Part shown: positions 31,001 through 41,154 of the stretch, piece after piece
Position numbering within the stretch: the stretch's first letter is position 1
Layout: every line of letters starts with the position of its first letter
The notes under the pieces: generated by a model
Told to the model about the DNA's origin: nothing
Database searches by the model: none
What the model saw: the letters and a program-made list of their open reading frames with translations, nothing else
Assembly (NCBI RefSeq): GCF_037890675.1
Contig: NZ_CP149574.1
Location: 2,268,874-2,332,873, forward strand
Direction of reading: 5' to 3'
Length of the DNA stretch: 64,000 nucleotides
Source: Methylovirgula sp. 4M-Z18
Lineage (GTDB): Bacteria; Pseudomonadota; Alphaproteobacteria; Rhizobiales; Beijerinckiaceae
Made by a program: the position numbers and the translations under genes

Positions 31001-33001
31001 ATGACCGACTTCTTTACCTCTTACTTTGCCGATAATAACGCATGGCTGATCAAGTTTGCCGTCGTCATCGTCGCCATTCTGATTTTCTTTCGCTTCAGCG
31101 GCATGGTCCGCTACATCTCGAACGACCGGATCGGCATTTTGGAAAAGCTCTGGAGCTTTCGCGGCTCGCTGCGCTCCGGCTTCATCGCGCTGCGTGGCGA
31201 AGCAGGCTTCCAACCCGACATCGTGCGTGGCGGTCTGCACGTCTTCTTCCCGTTCCAATACCGCATACATCGCGCCGCTTTGGTGACGATCCCGCAAGGC
31301 CAGATCGCCTATGTGTTCGCCCGCGACGGCGGCGCGCTGCCTCCCACGCAAACCCTAGCCTCGAACGAAACCGCGCAAAACTTTCAGGATGTACGCGCCT
31401 TTCTGTCGACCGGCGGCCAGAAAGGACCGCAACGCAAAATTCTGCGTGAAGGAACCTATGCGCTCAACCTCGCGCAATTCATCGTCATCACGGCGGAAAC
31501 CACGCACGCAATCAGCCTGTCACGCAGTGAATCCGAAATGTTTTCGAAAATGTCGGAAACGATTGCTGCCCGCAACGGTTTCCGAGCCGTGGTGATCAAG
31601 GATGCGGAGGACACGATCGGCATCGTCACCGTCCATGACGGGCCGGCGCTGCCGGAAGGCGAAATCATCGCGCCCGCCGTCGGCAACGAGGCGCGGAGCG
31701 CCAATTTTCACAATAATTTCCAGGACCCGGAAGCGTTTTTTAAAGCGGGCGGCTTCCGCGGAAGGCAACATCAAGTGCTGGTCGAAGGCAGCTATTATAT
31801 CAATCGCCTGTTCGCGACCGTGGAACTCGTGCCGAAGACCGTCATCGAGGTGGGGACGGTCGGCGTCGTCGTCTCCTATACGGGCAAGGTGGGGATCGAT
31901 GTGTCGGGCGACAATTACCGGCACGGCGAACTTGTGGAACCAGGTCAACGCGGCGTCTGGGATCGCCCGCTGCTGCCCGGCAAATACGCGTTCAATACGT
32001 ATGCCGGTAAAATCATCTCGGTCCCGACGACCAATTTCGTCCTGAAGTGGCAAAGCGCCGAGGCCGGCGCCCATCGTCTCGACGAGAATTTGGCGGAGGT
32101 CAGTTTGATTACCCGCGATGCGTTCGAGCCACTGCTGCCGCTCTCGGTCGTCGTGCATATCGATTATCTCAAGGCGCCACTGGTCGTTCAGCGGTTCGGC
32201 GACATCAAGAAACTGGTAGAACAGACACTCGATCCGATGGTGTCGGCCTATTTCAAAAACATCGGCCAAACCAAAACGCTGATTCAGCTCTTGCAGGAGC
32301 GCAACGAGATCCAAAAGGTCGCCGGCGAGGATATGCGCGCCAAATTCGCCGCCTATAGCCTCGAAATGCAAGAAGTTCTGATCGGCACGCCGCGTGCCGA
32401 CACGGGCCAGGCTGGCATCGAGCAGATCCTGACCCAATTGCGCGACCGCCAGGTCGCGGTCGAAAAAGTGGAAACGTACCGGCTGCAGGAAATCGCCGCG
32501 ACGCAGGAACGCACCTTGCGCGAAAAGCAGGCGATGGCCGAGCAGCAGGCACAGATCACCGCTTCGGCGCTCGCCATTCAAGTGCGCGAAAACGAAGGCA
32601 AGGCCCAGCTCGCGCAGACCCGCCAGCAATCCGAAAGCATCCAGGTGACCGCCCAGGCCAATGCGGCGCGGGCGCGGCTCGAAGGCCAAGGCGAGGGCGA
32701 CCGGATTCGCGCCGTCGGTCTGGCGGATGCAGAGAAGATCCGCGCCATCGGCCTTGCGCAGGCCGAAGCCACCGACAAGCAGGTGCAGGCCTATGGCGGG
32801 CCGCAGTACCAACTCAACAGCCAGGTGCTGCTGCGCTTCGCCGAAGCGATCGAGAACGGCAAGCTCCCCGTCGTCCCGAACATTATGGTGGGCGGCGGCT
32901 CGGGCGGCGCGAGCGGCAGTCTGGTCGAGATGATGCTGGCCATGCTCGTTGCCGACCGGACCGGCCAGCCAAACCCGAACCGTGACCGGCCCGGTGCGTA
33001 A
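31001..33001 (+). CDS. Flotillin-like SPFH/band-7 protein (YqiK/FloT-like)
   Basis: N-terminal transmembrane segment, SPFH domain, then a long EA/Q-rich coiled coil (AEQQAQITASALAIQVRENEGKAQLAQTRQQ...AEKIRAIGLAQAEA), 666 aa. RBS gaggatcc. Confidence 0.8.
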   Translation: MTDFFTSYFADNNAWLIKFAVVIVAILIFFRFSGMVRYISNDRIGILEKLWSFRGSLRSGFIALRGEAGFQPDIVRGGLHVFFPFQYRIHRAALVTIPQGQIAYVFARDGGALPPTQTLASNETAQNFQDVRAFLSTGGQKGPQRKILREGTYALNLAQFIVITAETTHAISLSRSESEMFSKMSETIAARNGFRAVVIKDAEDTIGIVTVHDGPALPEGEIIAPAVGNEARSANFHNNFQDPEAFFKAGGFRGRQHQVLVEGSYYINRLFATVELVPKTVIEVGTVGVVVSYTGKVGIDVSGDNYRHGELVEPGQRGVWDRPLLPGKYAFNTYAGKIISVPTTNFVLKWQSAEAGAHRLDENLAEVSLITRDAFEPLLPLSVVVHIDYLKAPLVVQRFGDIKKLVEQTLDPMVSAYFKNIGQTKTLIQLLQERNEIQKVAGEDMRAKFAAYSLEMQEVLIGTPRADTGQAGIEQILTQLRDRQVAVEKVETYRLQEIAATQERTLREKQAMAEQQAQITASALAIQVRENEGKAQLAQTRQQSESIQVTAQANAARARLEGQGEGDRIRAVGLADAEKIRAIGLAQAEATDKQVQAYGGPQYQLNSQVLLRFAEAIENGKLPVVPNIMVGGGSGGASGSLVEMMLAMLVADRTGQPNPNRDRPGA

Positions 33002-33102
33002 CGCTGGCTCGGCAGCTTGCGAATTTGGTCATCCACACTTGTGCATCACCCTGACCTGAAGATGCGCTGTTCCAATCGCCCACGCATGCCTATAGTGACA
33101 GG

Positions 33103-33612
33103 ATGATCTATCTTGTCGCCGCCTTTTTGGCATGGGTCGCGTGGACGACCGCCAAGGGGTATCTGCGCCTCCATCCGGAGGTGGCGCAGCAAATTCGCAG
33201 CAATCTATGGGGTCTCGCGACTCTCGTCCTGGCTGCGTTTCTCACCGTGCGCGGCCATGTGGATCTAGGAATTGTGCTCGGGTTATTGGCTCTCGCTAGC
33301 TTTTCTGACCGCGATCTGTGGCACAATTTAAAGGATAATGTGAACAGCTGGCTGTCCGGCGGGGGTGCGGCAAACGATCCGCGAGCGGACGCGCGGCGCG
33401 AAGGTGCGCCGCGGCGAAATCTCGATCCCGGTGCGATGACCGAAGAGGAGGCCTACCAGCTTCTTGGCCTTGCGAAGGGGGCGAGTGCGGAAGAAATCGC
33501 CCGAGCGCACCGGACGTTGATGAAGAAGGCTCATCCAGATCGAGGGGGCACCACCTACTGGGCGGCTCGTCTCAATCAAGCTCGACAAGTCCTGATGGAT
33601 CGTCATCGCTAA
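33103..33612 (+). CDS. Small membrane-anchored J-domain (DnaJ-like) protein
   Basis: Two or three predicted transmembrane helices, then a C-terminal J domain EEAYQLLGLAKGASAEEIARAHRTLMKKAHPDRGG with HPD. Confidence 0.75.
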   Translation: MIYLVAAFLAWVAWTTAKGYLRLHPEVAQQIRSNLWGLATLVLAAFLTVRGHVDLGIVLGLLALASFSDRDLWHNLKDNVNSWLSGGGAANDPRADARREGAPRRNLDPGAMTEEEAYQLLGLAKGASAEEIARAHRTLMKKAHPDRGGTTYWAARLNQARQVLMDRHR

Positions 33613-33636
33613 ACCTCGCCTCGTCACTTATCGCAA

Positions 33637-35250
33637 TCAGTTTTTGGTCGGCATGCAAGCCATGCCCGACCGCTTCAAAACTCTGCACGCTGATTCGGCT
33701 GCGTCGGAGTCTAAGACCGCGAAGCGCGCGCGATAGAGGGTTTCGCCACCCTTCTGCACTTTCTCTGTGTAAGCCTGCGCTGACGCGAGCGCCCCGCGGC
33801 TGGAGGACTTCGCGCGCGTCAGCAATTCTTGCGCCTTGCTCACGTCATCCGTTGCACCGACTTGGATCAACCAGCCGGCGTGGCCAGCCGGATGAACCTC
33901 GGGTTTTACCGGCGGCTCGGCGGCGGCCGTCTTGACCGGAGCCTTTTCTTCCACCGCTTTCGTCGTCACCGGCTTGCCGGCCGGTCCCTGAACCCAGCGC
34001 ATATTGGTCGTGGTCGCGCCCGTCACGCTTGCGGCGACCGGACGCGTCGTCGTCGAACCATCGGCGACGAGACGTTTGCGCGGCTGGATGGAGCCGGTGG
34101 TTTCGCTCTTGTCATCGACTTGCGCGACGCGGGGCGTTCCGGAAATGACGGCTGGACGCGGGCGCGCAGCAGGCGCCGCGGGCACAGCCTTCACCATCGG
34201 CAGCGGCGCCGGCATTTCGTCGTCCGGCTCCTCCGTGTCGTCGTTCGCAGCAATCTTGGCCGGCGGCACGAGGTGAGCGGCCGGGCGAACGACGTCGCCA
34301 TCGTCGCCATTGTTGTCGGCTACCACCGGCACGGTGCGGGACGTGGCCGTGTTGTCGATATTCGCCTCGATCAGATTATCCATGATCTCGTCACGCCCAC
34401 GCGCGGTGTGGCCGCCGAGCACGGCTGCGACCAGGAAGTGACCGTCCCTGTGGACCGAGGTCAGAAGGTTGAAGCCAGAGGCATTGGTATAGCCAGTCTT
34501 GATCCCGTCCATGCCCTCGACCCGGTCGAGCAGATGGTTGTGGTTGCGCAGAACCTGACCGTCATAGGCAAAGGAATGGGTCGAGAAATAATGGTAATAT
34601 TGCGGGAAATGATCCTGCAGCGCGCGTGCCAGAATGGTCAGATCGCGCGCGGTGGTGATCTGTTCGTTATTTGGAAGGCCAGAGGCATTGGCGTAATGCG
34701 TCCGGCTCATGCCGAGCGCATGGGCCTTCTTGGTCATCATTTCGGCAAAGCTGCTTTCATCGCCGGCAATGTTCTCGGCAATGGCTACGGCAATATCATT
34801 GCAGGATTTCGTCACGACCGCCTTGATCGCGTCTTCGACCGTGATCGTATCGCCGGGCTGGAGCCCCAATTTCGACGGCGCCTGCGCGGCCGCATGCGCC
34901 GAAATATGCAGGGACGTGTCGAGGCGGAAGCGGCCTTTCTCGATCTGCTCGAACAGAAGATAGAGCGTCATGACTTTCGTGATCGACGCCGGATGGCGAA
35001 GCTCGTCGGCATTGGTCGCGTGCAGCACGCGGCCCGTATTGCCGTCGATGACCATATCGGCGTAAGGCGGCTCATAGCCACCGCCCCCGCCGCTGCTGTG
35101 ATGATGGTGACGGAACCGGCGCGCCTCGGCGCTGGACATAACCAAATTCGGTAAAGCGAGGGTCAGCAGCGTGGCGCCCAGCACCTGCGCAAGCCTCTTT
35201 CTGCCTTTTGTTCCCGTGCACTGCCGCCCATATGAGACGCGCTCGGACAT
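33637..35250 (-). CDS. D-alanyl-D-alanine carboxypeptidase (PBP5/6 family) with a C-terminal SPOR domain
   Basis: SITK active-site motif (ASITKVMT) and SGN-like regions. The C-terminus GWLIQVGA...YRARFAVL is SPOR-like. Start trimmed to MSERV. Confidence 0.8.
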   Translation of the reverse strand: MSERVSYGRQCTGTKGRKRLAQVLGATLLTLALPNLVMSSAEARRFRHHHHSSGGGGGYEPPYADMVIDGNTGRVLHATNADELRHPASITKVMTLYLLFEQIEKGRFRLDTSLHISAHAAAQAPSKLGLQPGDTITVEDAIKAVVTKSCNDIAVAIAENIAGDESSFAEMMTKKAHALGMSRTHYANASGLPNNEQITTARDLTILARALQDHFPQYYHYFSTHSFAYDGQVLRNHNHLLDRVEGMDGIKTGYTNASGFNLLTSVHRDGHFLVAAVLGGHTARGRDEIMDNLIEANIDNTATSRTVPVVADNNGDDGDVVRPAAHLVPPAKIAANDDTEEPDDEMPAPLPMVKAVPAAPAARPRPAVISGTPRVAQVDDKSETTGSIQPRKRLVADGSTTTRPVAASVTGATTTNMRWVQGPAGKPVTTKAVEEKAPVKTAAAEPPVKPEVHPAGHAGWLIQVGATDDVSKAQELLTRAKSSSRGALASAQAYTEKVQKGGETLYRARFAVLDSDAAESACRVLKRSGMACMPTKN

Positions 35251-35510
35251 ACTCGATTCCCCGTAACTTCTTGCCCAGACACCGGAATTGGCGACCATCA
35301 TCACCAAAACGTCACAGGTGGAGAATCTATGGGAATGAGGTTACGAGGCCGTTAACTGCAGACATGTTTCAGCCATTATTGAAACAAATTGCTGCAATGC
35401 AAAATTCGCCTTGACTTATTTTTGTGCAGCGCACATATTGTCGCCATCAGCGGCTGGCAAACGACGAGACCGCGCCCCACGCCACCACGGCACTCGAGAG
35501 GATCAAGCCC

Positions 35511-35846
35511 ATGTTCACCTCCATCGAAGACTTCCAGAAATTCAGCAAAGACAACGTCGCCAACACCCAGGCGGCTGTGACCACCTTCGCCAAGGGTTTC
35601 CAGCAGATCGCTGCTGAAACGACCGAATATTCCAAGAAGTCGATCGAAGCCGGTTCGGCCGCTTTCGAAAAGCTCCTCGGCGCCAAGACGCTCGAGTCCG
35701 CGATCCAGATCCAGCAGGACTATGCCAAGACCGCTTACGAAGGTTTCGTCGCCCAGGCGACCAAGATCGGCGAACTCTATCAGGGCCTCGTCAAGGACGC
35801 ATTCAAGCCGGTCGAAGCGGCTGTTGCCAAGGCCAGCGGCAAGTAA
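35511..35846 (+). CDS. Phasin (PHA granule-associated protein)
   Basis: MFTSIEDFQKFSKDNVANTQAAVTTFAKGFQQIAAETTEY phasin_2 pattern. Confidence 0.75.
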   Translation: MFTSIEDFQKFSKDNVANTQAAVTTFAKGFQQIAAETTEYSKKSIEAGSAAFEKLLGAKTLESAIQIQQDYAKTAYEGFVAQATKIGELYQGLVKDAFKPVEAAVAKASGK

Positions 35847-35903
35847 TTTTAAGGTTTCCGGCTTCGCCGGAATGTTGCGTAACGAGTAAATTGCGTTTCA
35901 AAC

Positions 35904-35933
35904 GGCCCGGCTTCTGCCGGGCCGTTTTGCTTT
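35904..35933 (+). terminator. Rho-independent terminator after the phasin gene
   Basis: ggcccggc/gccgggcc hairpin followed by gttttgcttt. Confidence 0.6.
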
Positions 35934-36183
35934 ACCCGGTTGATAGACGATCGTGCAACGGCGCGACGCGGAGTCGATTTTCGCGATCGCACATTGATTT
36001 TGCTGCGCGAGCTCCCAAGTATCTCAAACACTCGGCGCTGCGGCTCGGCCTTTGCCCAAAAGGCTAAGGGCTCTACGCGGGCTAACTTCACCTTCCTCTG
36101 GCGAAATGCCTAAATCGCTCCTAAATTATCATGTATGTTGAAGACACGATCCGACTCGTGGCCTTCTTTCCAGGAGACCCACC

Positions 36184-36585
36184 GTGAGCATCTGGCCTGC
36201 TGCGCCACAATATCCCTCGAGCGAGCTGTCTGGCCCCGTGCCATTGTACGCAGCCAAGGAGCCGCGCAAGGACGGGCCGGGCGACGTCGGCCATGGCACG
36301 GCGGTCATCACGCGAACCAAGACTCAGACCAAAAAGCCCAGCATGTACAGGGTTTTGCTGCTGAATGACGACTACACACCAATGGAATTCGTCATCCACA
36401 TCTTGCAAAAATTCTTTAACAAGCAGGCCGAAGAAGCGGCACGAATTATGCTTCACGTACACAATCAGGGTGTCGGCGAGTGCGGGGTTTTCACCTACGA
36501 AGTCGCCGAAACCAAAGTGACGCAAGTCATGGATTTCTCCCGTAAGCACCAGCATCCGCTGCAGTGCATTATGGAAAAGAAATAG
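36184..36585 (+). CDS. clpS: ATP-dependent Clp protease adaptor ClpS
   Basis: [24 protein letters not shown] ClpS core. The exact start is uncertain. Confidence 0.85.
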   Translation: MSIWPAAPQYPSSELSGPVPLYAAKEPRKDGPGDVGHGTAVITRTKTQTKKPSMYRVLLLNDDYTPMEFVIHILQKFFNKQAEEAARIMLHVHNQGVGECGVFTYEVAETKVTQVMDFSRKHQHPLQCIMEKK

Positions 36586-36640
36586 AGGTTCGGCATCCGA
36601 GCTAATTGTCCCGCTAAATTGTTCAAGAAAGGCAGATCCT

Positions 36641-39103
36641 ATGCCGACCTTCTCCAGAAATCTCGAACTGACGCTGCGCCGGGCACTTGAATCGGCGAAT
36701 GCGCGCCATCACGAATACGCGACGCTGGAACACCTGCTCCTCGCCATGATCGAAGATCAGGACGCCGCCGCCGTGATGCGCGCCTGCTCGGTCGATCTCG
36801 ACGAATTGAAGAAAAGCCTCACCGAATATGTCGACACGGAACTTGCCAATCTCGTCGGCGACAGCCACGACGAGGCAAAACCGACGGCGGGCTTCCACCG
36901 GGTGATCCAACGCGCCGTGATCCATGTCCAATCCTCGGGCCGCGAAGAGGTAACCGGCGCCAACGTGCTGGTTGCGATCTTCGCCGAGCGGGAAAGCCAC
37001 GCCGCCTACTTCCTGCAGGAGCAGGACATGACCCGCTACGATGCGGTGAATTACATCAGCCATGGCATTGCCAAGCGTCCCGGCCTGTCCGACCCGAACA
37101 AAACGCCGCGCGGCGCCAATGAAGACGATCATAGCGAGCGCGAAAGCGCCAGCGCGAAAGAGCCTGCCGGCGACAAGAAGAAGGAAGGCGCGCTCGAGGC
37201 GTATTGCATCAACCTCAACAAGAAGGCGCGCGACGGCAAGGTCGATCCGCTGATCGGTCGCGACTCGGAAGTGCAGCGGACCATCCAGGTCCTGTGCCGC
37301 CGGCAGAAGAACAACCCGCTGCTCGTCGGTGATCCCGGCGTTGGTAAAACCGCAATCGCCGAGGGCCTGGCCCGCAAGATCGTGAAGGGCGACGTTCCGG
37401 AAGTGCTCGCTGGCGCAACCGTCTTTGCCCTCGATATGGGCACATTGCTCGCTGGCACGCGCTACCGCGGCGATTTCGAAGAGCGCCTGAAACAGGTGAT
37501 GAAGGAAATCGAACAGCACAAGGACGCCATTCTGTTCATTGACGAGATTCACACGGTGATCGGTGCCGGCGCGACGTCGGGCGGCGCGATGGATGCGTCG
37601 AACCTGCTGAAGCCTGCATTGGCGCAAGGCACGCTGCGCTGCATCGGCTCGACCACCTACAAGGAATTCCGGCAATATTTCGAGAAGGATCGCGCGCTCG
37701 TGCGGCGCTTCCAGAAGATTGACATCAACGAGCCGTCGGTGTCGGACGCGATCGAAATCATGAAGGGTCTGAAGCCCTATTTCGAAGAGTTCCATCGCGT
37801 CAAATACACCAGCGAAGCGGTGAAGGCGGCGGTGGAACTGTCCTCGCGCTACATTCACGATCGCAAATTGCCTGACAAGGCGATCGACGTGATCGACGAG
37901 ACCGGCGCATCGCAGATGCTGGTGCCGGAAGCCAAGCGCAAGAAGACGATCGGCATCAAGGAGATCGAAGCCACGATTGCACAGATGGCGCGCATTCCGC
38001 CGAAGACCGTTTCGAAGGATGATGCGGAAGTTCTGCAGCATCTCGAAGACACGCTGAAGCGCGTGGTTTACGGTCAAGACACGGCCATCACCTCGCTCAC
38101 CGCGGCGATCAAGCTCGCCCGGGCGGGCTTGCGCGACAGCGAAAAGCCCATCGGCTCCTATCTCTTCTCCGGCCCGACCGGTGTCGGCAAGACCGAAGTG
38201 GCGCGGCAATTGGCAACAGCGCTGGGCGTCGAGCTCATCCGCTTCGACATGTCGGAATATATGGAGCGCCATACGGTCAGCCGTCTGCTCGGCGCACCTC
38301 CCGGCTATGTCGGCTTCGACCAGGGCGGTCTGCTCACCGATGCCATCGACCAGCATCCGCATTGCGTGCTGCTGCTCGACGAAATCGAGAAAGCGCATCC
38401 CGAACTGTTCAACATCCTGTTGCAGGTGATGGACCACGGCAAACTCACCGATCACAATGGCAAGCAGATCAACTTCCGCAATGTCATTTTGATCATGACG
38501 ACCAATGCGGGCGCGGCCGACATGGCGCGCGCGGCTTATGGCTTCACCCGCAGCAAGCGCGAAGGCGAGGATGTCGAAGCGGTCAACCGCATGTTCTCGC
38601 CGGAGTTCCGCAACCGCCTCGACGCGGTCGTGCCGTTCGGCAGCCTGCCAAAAGAAACGATCTCGAAAGTGGTCGACAAATTCATCATGCAACTCGAAGC
38701 GCAGCTTGCCGACCGCAATGTCACGATCGAGCTCTCGGATGAGGCACGCGATTGGCTGGTCGAGAATGGCTATGATGAGGCAATGGGTGCGCGGCCGATG
38801 GCCCGTGTCATCCAGCAGACCATCAAGACGCCGCTCGCCGACGAATTGCTGTTCGGCCGCCTGAAGCACGGCGGCGCCGTGCGGGTGATGGTGGTGACAT
38901 CCGAGACGGGCGAGAAGAAGCTTGGCTTCATCTATCCCGAAGGGCCGGTGCTGCCGCGCCCGGACAAGGAGATCATGGAAGCCAACCGCAAGAGGTTGCG
39001 GCCGGAGCCGGAAGTACGCAAGGCGGCGGCACGCAAGGACGGTGAAGATAAATCCGGGCCGAAGCGCGGCACCAAACCCAAGTCGCCGGTAAAGACCGAT
39101 TGA
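36641..39103 (+). CDS. clpA: ATP-dependent Clp protease ATP-binding subunit ClpA
   Basis: N-domain, D1 (GDPGVGKTAIAEG, ILFIDEIH) and D2 (GPTGVGKTE, LLLDEIEKAH, GARPM), 820 aa, downstream of clpS. Confidence 0.95.
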   Translation: MPTFSRNLELTLRRALESANARHHEYATLEHLLLAMIEDQDAAAVMRACSVDLDELKKSLTEYVDTELANLVGDSHDEAKPTAGFHRVIQRAVIHVQSSGREEVTGANVLVAIFAERESHAAYFLQEQDMTRYDAVNYISHGIAKRPGLSDPNKTPRGANEDDHSERESASAKEPAGDKKKEGALEAYCINLNKKARDGKVDPLIGRDSEVQRTIQVLCRRQKNNPLLVGDPGVGKTAIAEGLARKIVKGDVPEVLAGATVFALDMGTLLAGTRYRGDFEERLKQVMKEIEQHKDAILFIDEIHTVIGAGATSGGAMDASNLLKPALAQGTLRCIGSTTYKEFRQYFEKDRALVRRFQKIDINEPSVSDAIEIMKGLKPYFEEFHRVKYTSEAVKAAVELSSRYIHDRKLPDKAIDVIDETGASQMLVPEAKRKKTIGIKEIEATIAQMARIPPKTVSKDDAEVLQHLEDTLKRVVYGQDTAITSLTAAIKLARAGLRDSEKPIGSYLFSGPTGVGKTEVARQLATALGVELIRFDMSEYMERHTVSRLLGAPPGYVGFDQGGLLTDAIDQHPHCVLLLDEIEKAHPELFNILLQVMDHGKLTDHNGKQINFRNVILIMTTNAGAADMARAAYGFTRSKREGEDVEAVNRMFSPEFRNRLDAVVPFGSLPKETISKVVDKFIMQLEAQLADRNVTIELSDEARDWLVENGYDEAMGARPMARVIQQTIKTPLADELLFGRLKHGGAVRVMVVTSETGEKKLGFIYPEGPVLPRPDKEIMEANRKRLRPEPEVRKAAARKDGEDKSGPKRGTKPKSPVKTD

Positions 39104-39123
39104 TCCGAAAACGAATGACCTTC

Positions 39124-39161
39124 GCCCCCCGCCGATGAAAGATCGGCTGGGGGCATTTTTA
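39124..39161. terminator. Terminator hairpin between clpA and the convergent PCuAC gene
   Basis: ccccc-gccgatgaaagatcggc-ggggg stem-loop followed by attttta. Confidence 0.5.
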
Positions 39162-39180
39162 TGTGTAGTGAAGGCTCTTG

Positions 39181-39684
39181 TTACATGCCGGACATGCCCG
39201 GCATCCCGCCGCCGACGCCGCCGGCTTCGAAATCGACATCGACAGATCCCGCTTTTTCGAAGGTCAACGTCGCCTTGATATGGTCGCCCTTTTTGATCTG
39301 CTGCTTCAGGTCGGTCATCATGATGTGAAAGCCGTTCGGCTTCAGCTCCACGGTCTGGCCCGGCTTGATGTCGATGCCCTCGAGCTCACGCATTTTCATG
39401 ACGCCGCCGGAGGTCGACATTTCGTGCAATTCGAAATGCGCGGCAACGGAGGTCGATCCGCCCGTCAGCCGGTCCGGCTCGGTCCCCGTATTGGTGATGG
39501 TGACATAGCCCACGGCGACGTCGACGCCTTTAGGTGTCGCCCGCGTCCACGGCATGCTCACCTTCATTTTGCCGGCCGTGTAGACGGTAGACATATCGGC
39601 GCGCGCGGGGGCCGAAGCGAGGCTCGCCGCCGCCAATCCGACGGCCAAGGCGGCGCTGGACAAAATCCGTGCAAGACTTTTCAT
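39181..39684 (-). CDS. Periplasmic copper chaperone PCu(A)C (DUF461)
   Basis: Signal peptide and H(E)xM Cu-binding region (HFELHEMSTSGGVMKM). Confidence 0.8.
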   Translation of the reverse strand: MKSLARILSSAALAVGLAAASLASAPARADMSTVYTAGKMKVSMPWTRATPKGVDVAVGYVTITNTGTEPDRLTGGSTSVAAHFELHEMSTSGGVMKMRELEGIDIKPGQTVELKPNGFHIMMTDLKQQIKKGDHIKATLTFEKAGSVDVDFEAGGVGGGMPGMSGM

Positions 39685-39704
39685 GACCTCTCCCTTTGTG
39701 GGTT

Positions 39705-40142
39705 TTACAGAAGCCCGAGTTCGCGCAACTCGCGGCGCAGATCTTCGGGCATTTCAGCCAGTTGGCCCGCTCCCGCGCGGATGTCCTTCGGCGCGTCCTT
39801 GTCGGCCAGATAACGCCAACCCTGGAACGGCCGCCACGAGCGCGGCATCACCGGAACGACCTTGGGATCGAGAACGATGTGGCACCGCCCGATCCCCTCC
39901 TCGTCGGTGAAAGGTCGGATGTCGAGAATGCGTTGGCGGCTGGACACCTGGCCCTTGATCACCCAATAGAGCGATCCCCCGTCAAGGATCTCGTCCACCC
40001 GTTTCGGCACCATGCGCGTCGTATGTGCGTGCTCAGGTGTCTCGCCATGGCGGATTTTATCCGCAAGGCGCCACTCGATCCATTCTTCGAGGTCGGCGAT
40101 CGAGTCGCAGCCGACACATAATTTCAGGATATGCAGAGCCAT
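39705..40142 (-). CDS. DUF1489-family protein
   Basis: The MALHILKLCVGCDSIADLEEW N-terminus is characteristic. Confidence 0.65.
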   Translation of the reverse strand: MALHILKLCVGCDSIADLEEWIEWRLADKIRHGETPEHAHTTRMVPKRVDEILDGGSLYWVIKGQVSSRQRILDIRPFTDEEGIGRCHIVLDPKVVPVMPRSWRPFQGWRYLADKDAPKDIRAGAGQLAEMPEDLRRELRELGLL

Positions 40143-40184
40143 GCTGTTATTAGAGAGGTCGAAGCGGGCCGGACAAGATGTAAT

Positions 40185-40874
40185 TTAGGTCTTCACGGCA
40201 ATAAAACACAGACGGTCCTGGTTATGCCCGATATTCCGCGCGGCCCGCCGCGGTTCAAACCCGTGCGCGCGGAGCAATTGCTGCATGTCGGATATCCCAT
40301 ACCGTGTCAGGCCAATTTCTCCGCGCTTCTTGCGATAATCGGAAAAGAAAGTCGCGACCAGCCCCTTGCAAGCGGCCGCGAAGAACCCGCCCTGCCAGGC
40401 AAAGCCCAGCAAGGCCTGCACATCCAAAATTGCGCTGGCATCGGGCGGAATAACATCCGCCAAAATCAACTGTCCGCCCTGCCCGAGCGCATTGTGCCAA
40501 TAATCGAGCAATTGCCCAAACTCGTCACGCCGCAAATACTGCAAGAGCGAGTTGGCAATTACGATGTCGAGGCTTTGAGCAGGCAACGCCGCAAGATCGC
40601 TATCCGATAGAATCGTGACGTTCGCAGTCGCGGCAAATTGCCCACGCAATTTACCCTGCACGTTTGGCGCGGAATCATAAAGGTAGAGCCGCGCCGCTTT
40701 CGCCGCGACGATCGCGGCCCCGAGAGCCTCGCCACAACCGTAATCGAGCACGCGCGCGCCGCCGGGGGGAACGAGCGCGGCCATGTCCTTGGCGATGCGA
40801 TCATAGTGCAATGCCTTGTGCCGGGCATTGACATAAATGGAATGTTCGCCGTTCCAAAACTCGCGCCAAGACAT
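40185..40874 (-). CDS. Class I SAM-dependent methyltransferase
   Basis: VLDYGCGEALGAAIVA SAM-binding motif I. Confidence 0.7.
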   Translation of the reverse strand: MSWREFWNGEHSIYVNARHKALHYDRIAKDMAALVPPGGARVLDYGCGEALGAAIVAAKAARLYLYDSAPNVQGKLRGQFAATANVTILSDSDLAALPAQSLDIVIANSLLQYLRRDEFGQLLDYWHNALGQGGQLILADVIPPDASAILDVQALLGFAWQGGFFAAACKGLVATFFSDYRKKRGEIGLTRYGISDMQQLLRAHGFEPRRAARNIGHNQDRLCFIAVKT

Positions 40875-41154
40875 AGCGACAAACTCCGATCAGCACTGCG
40901 CCCCGCTCCATGCGAATAAGGCGCCAACCCGTCAAGCTCTTTTTTTGCCCCGTGCGGTGCAGTGGATAATGTTGATATCTACTCGCACGTCAGGCCGGCA
41001 AAACGATTCTTCAACACTTTAGCCAGCGCCCGTGCCAGAAGACGCCTCCCCTCTTCGGCCCATCTCTGTGTTAAACTGAAGCACTTGAGTCGGATCAACG
41101 CTCCGCAACGGCGTTTAAGACGAGATTATTTAAAATGATTAGAAACGATTAGAA

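Noticed and set aside
36623-38869. 748-aa minus-strand ORF
   Set aside because: Antisense to clpA, whose identity is unambiguous.
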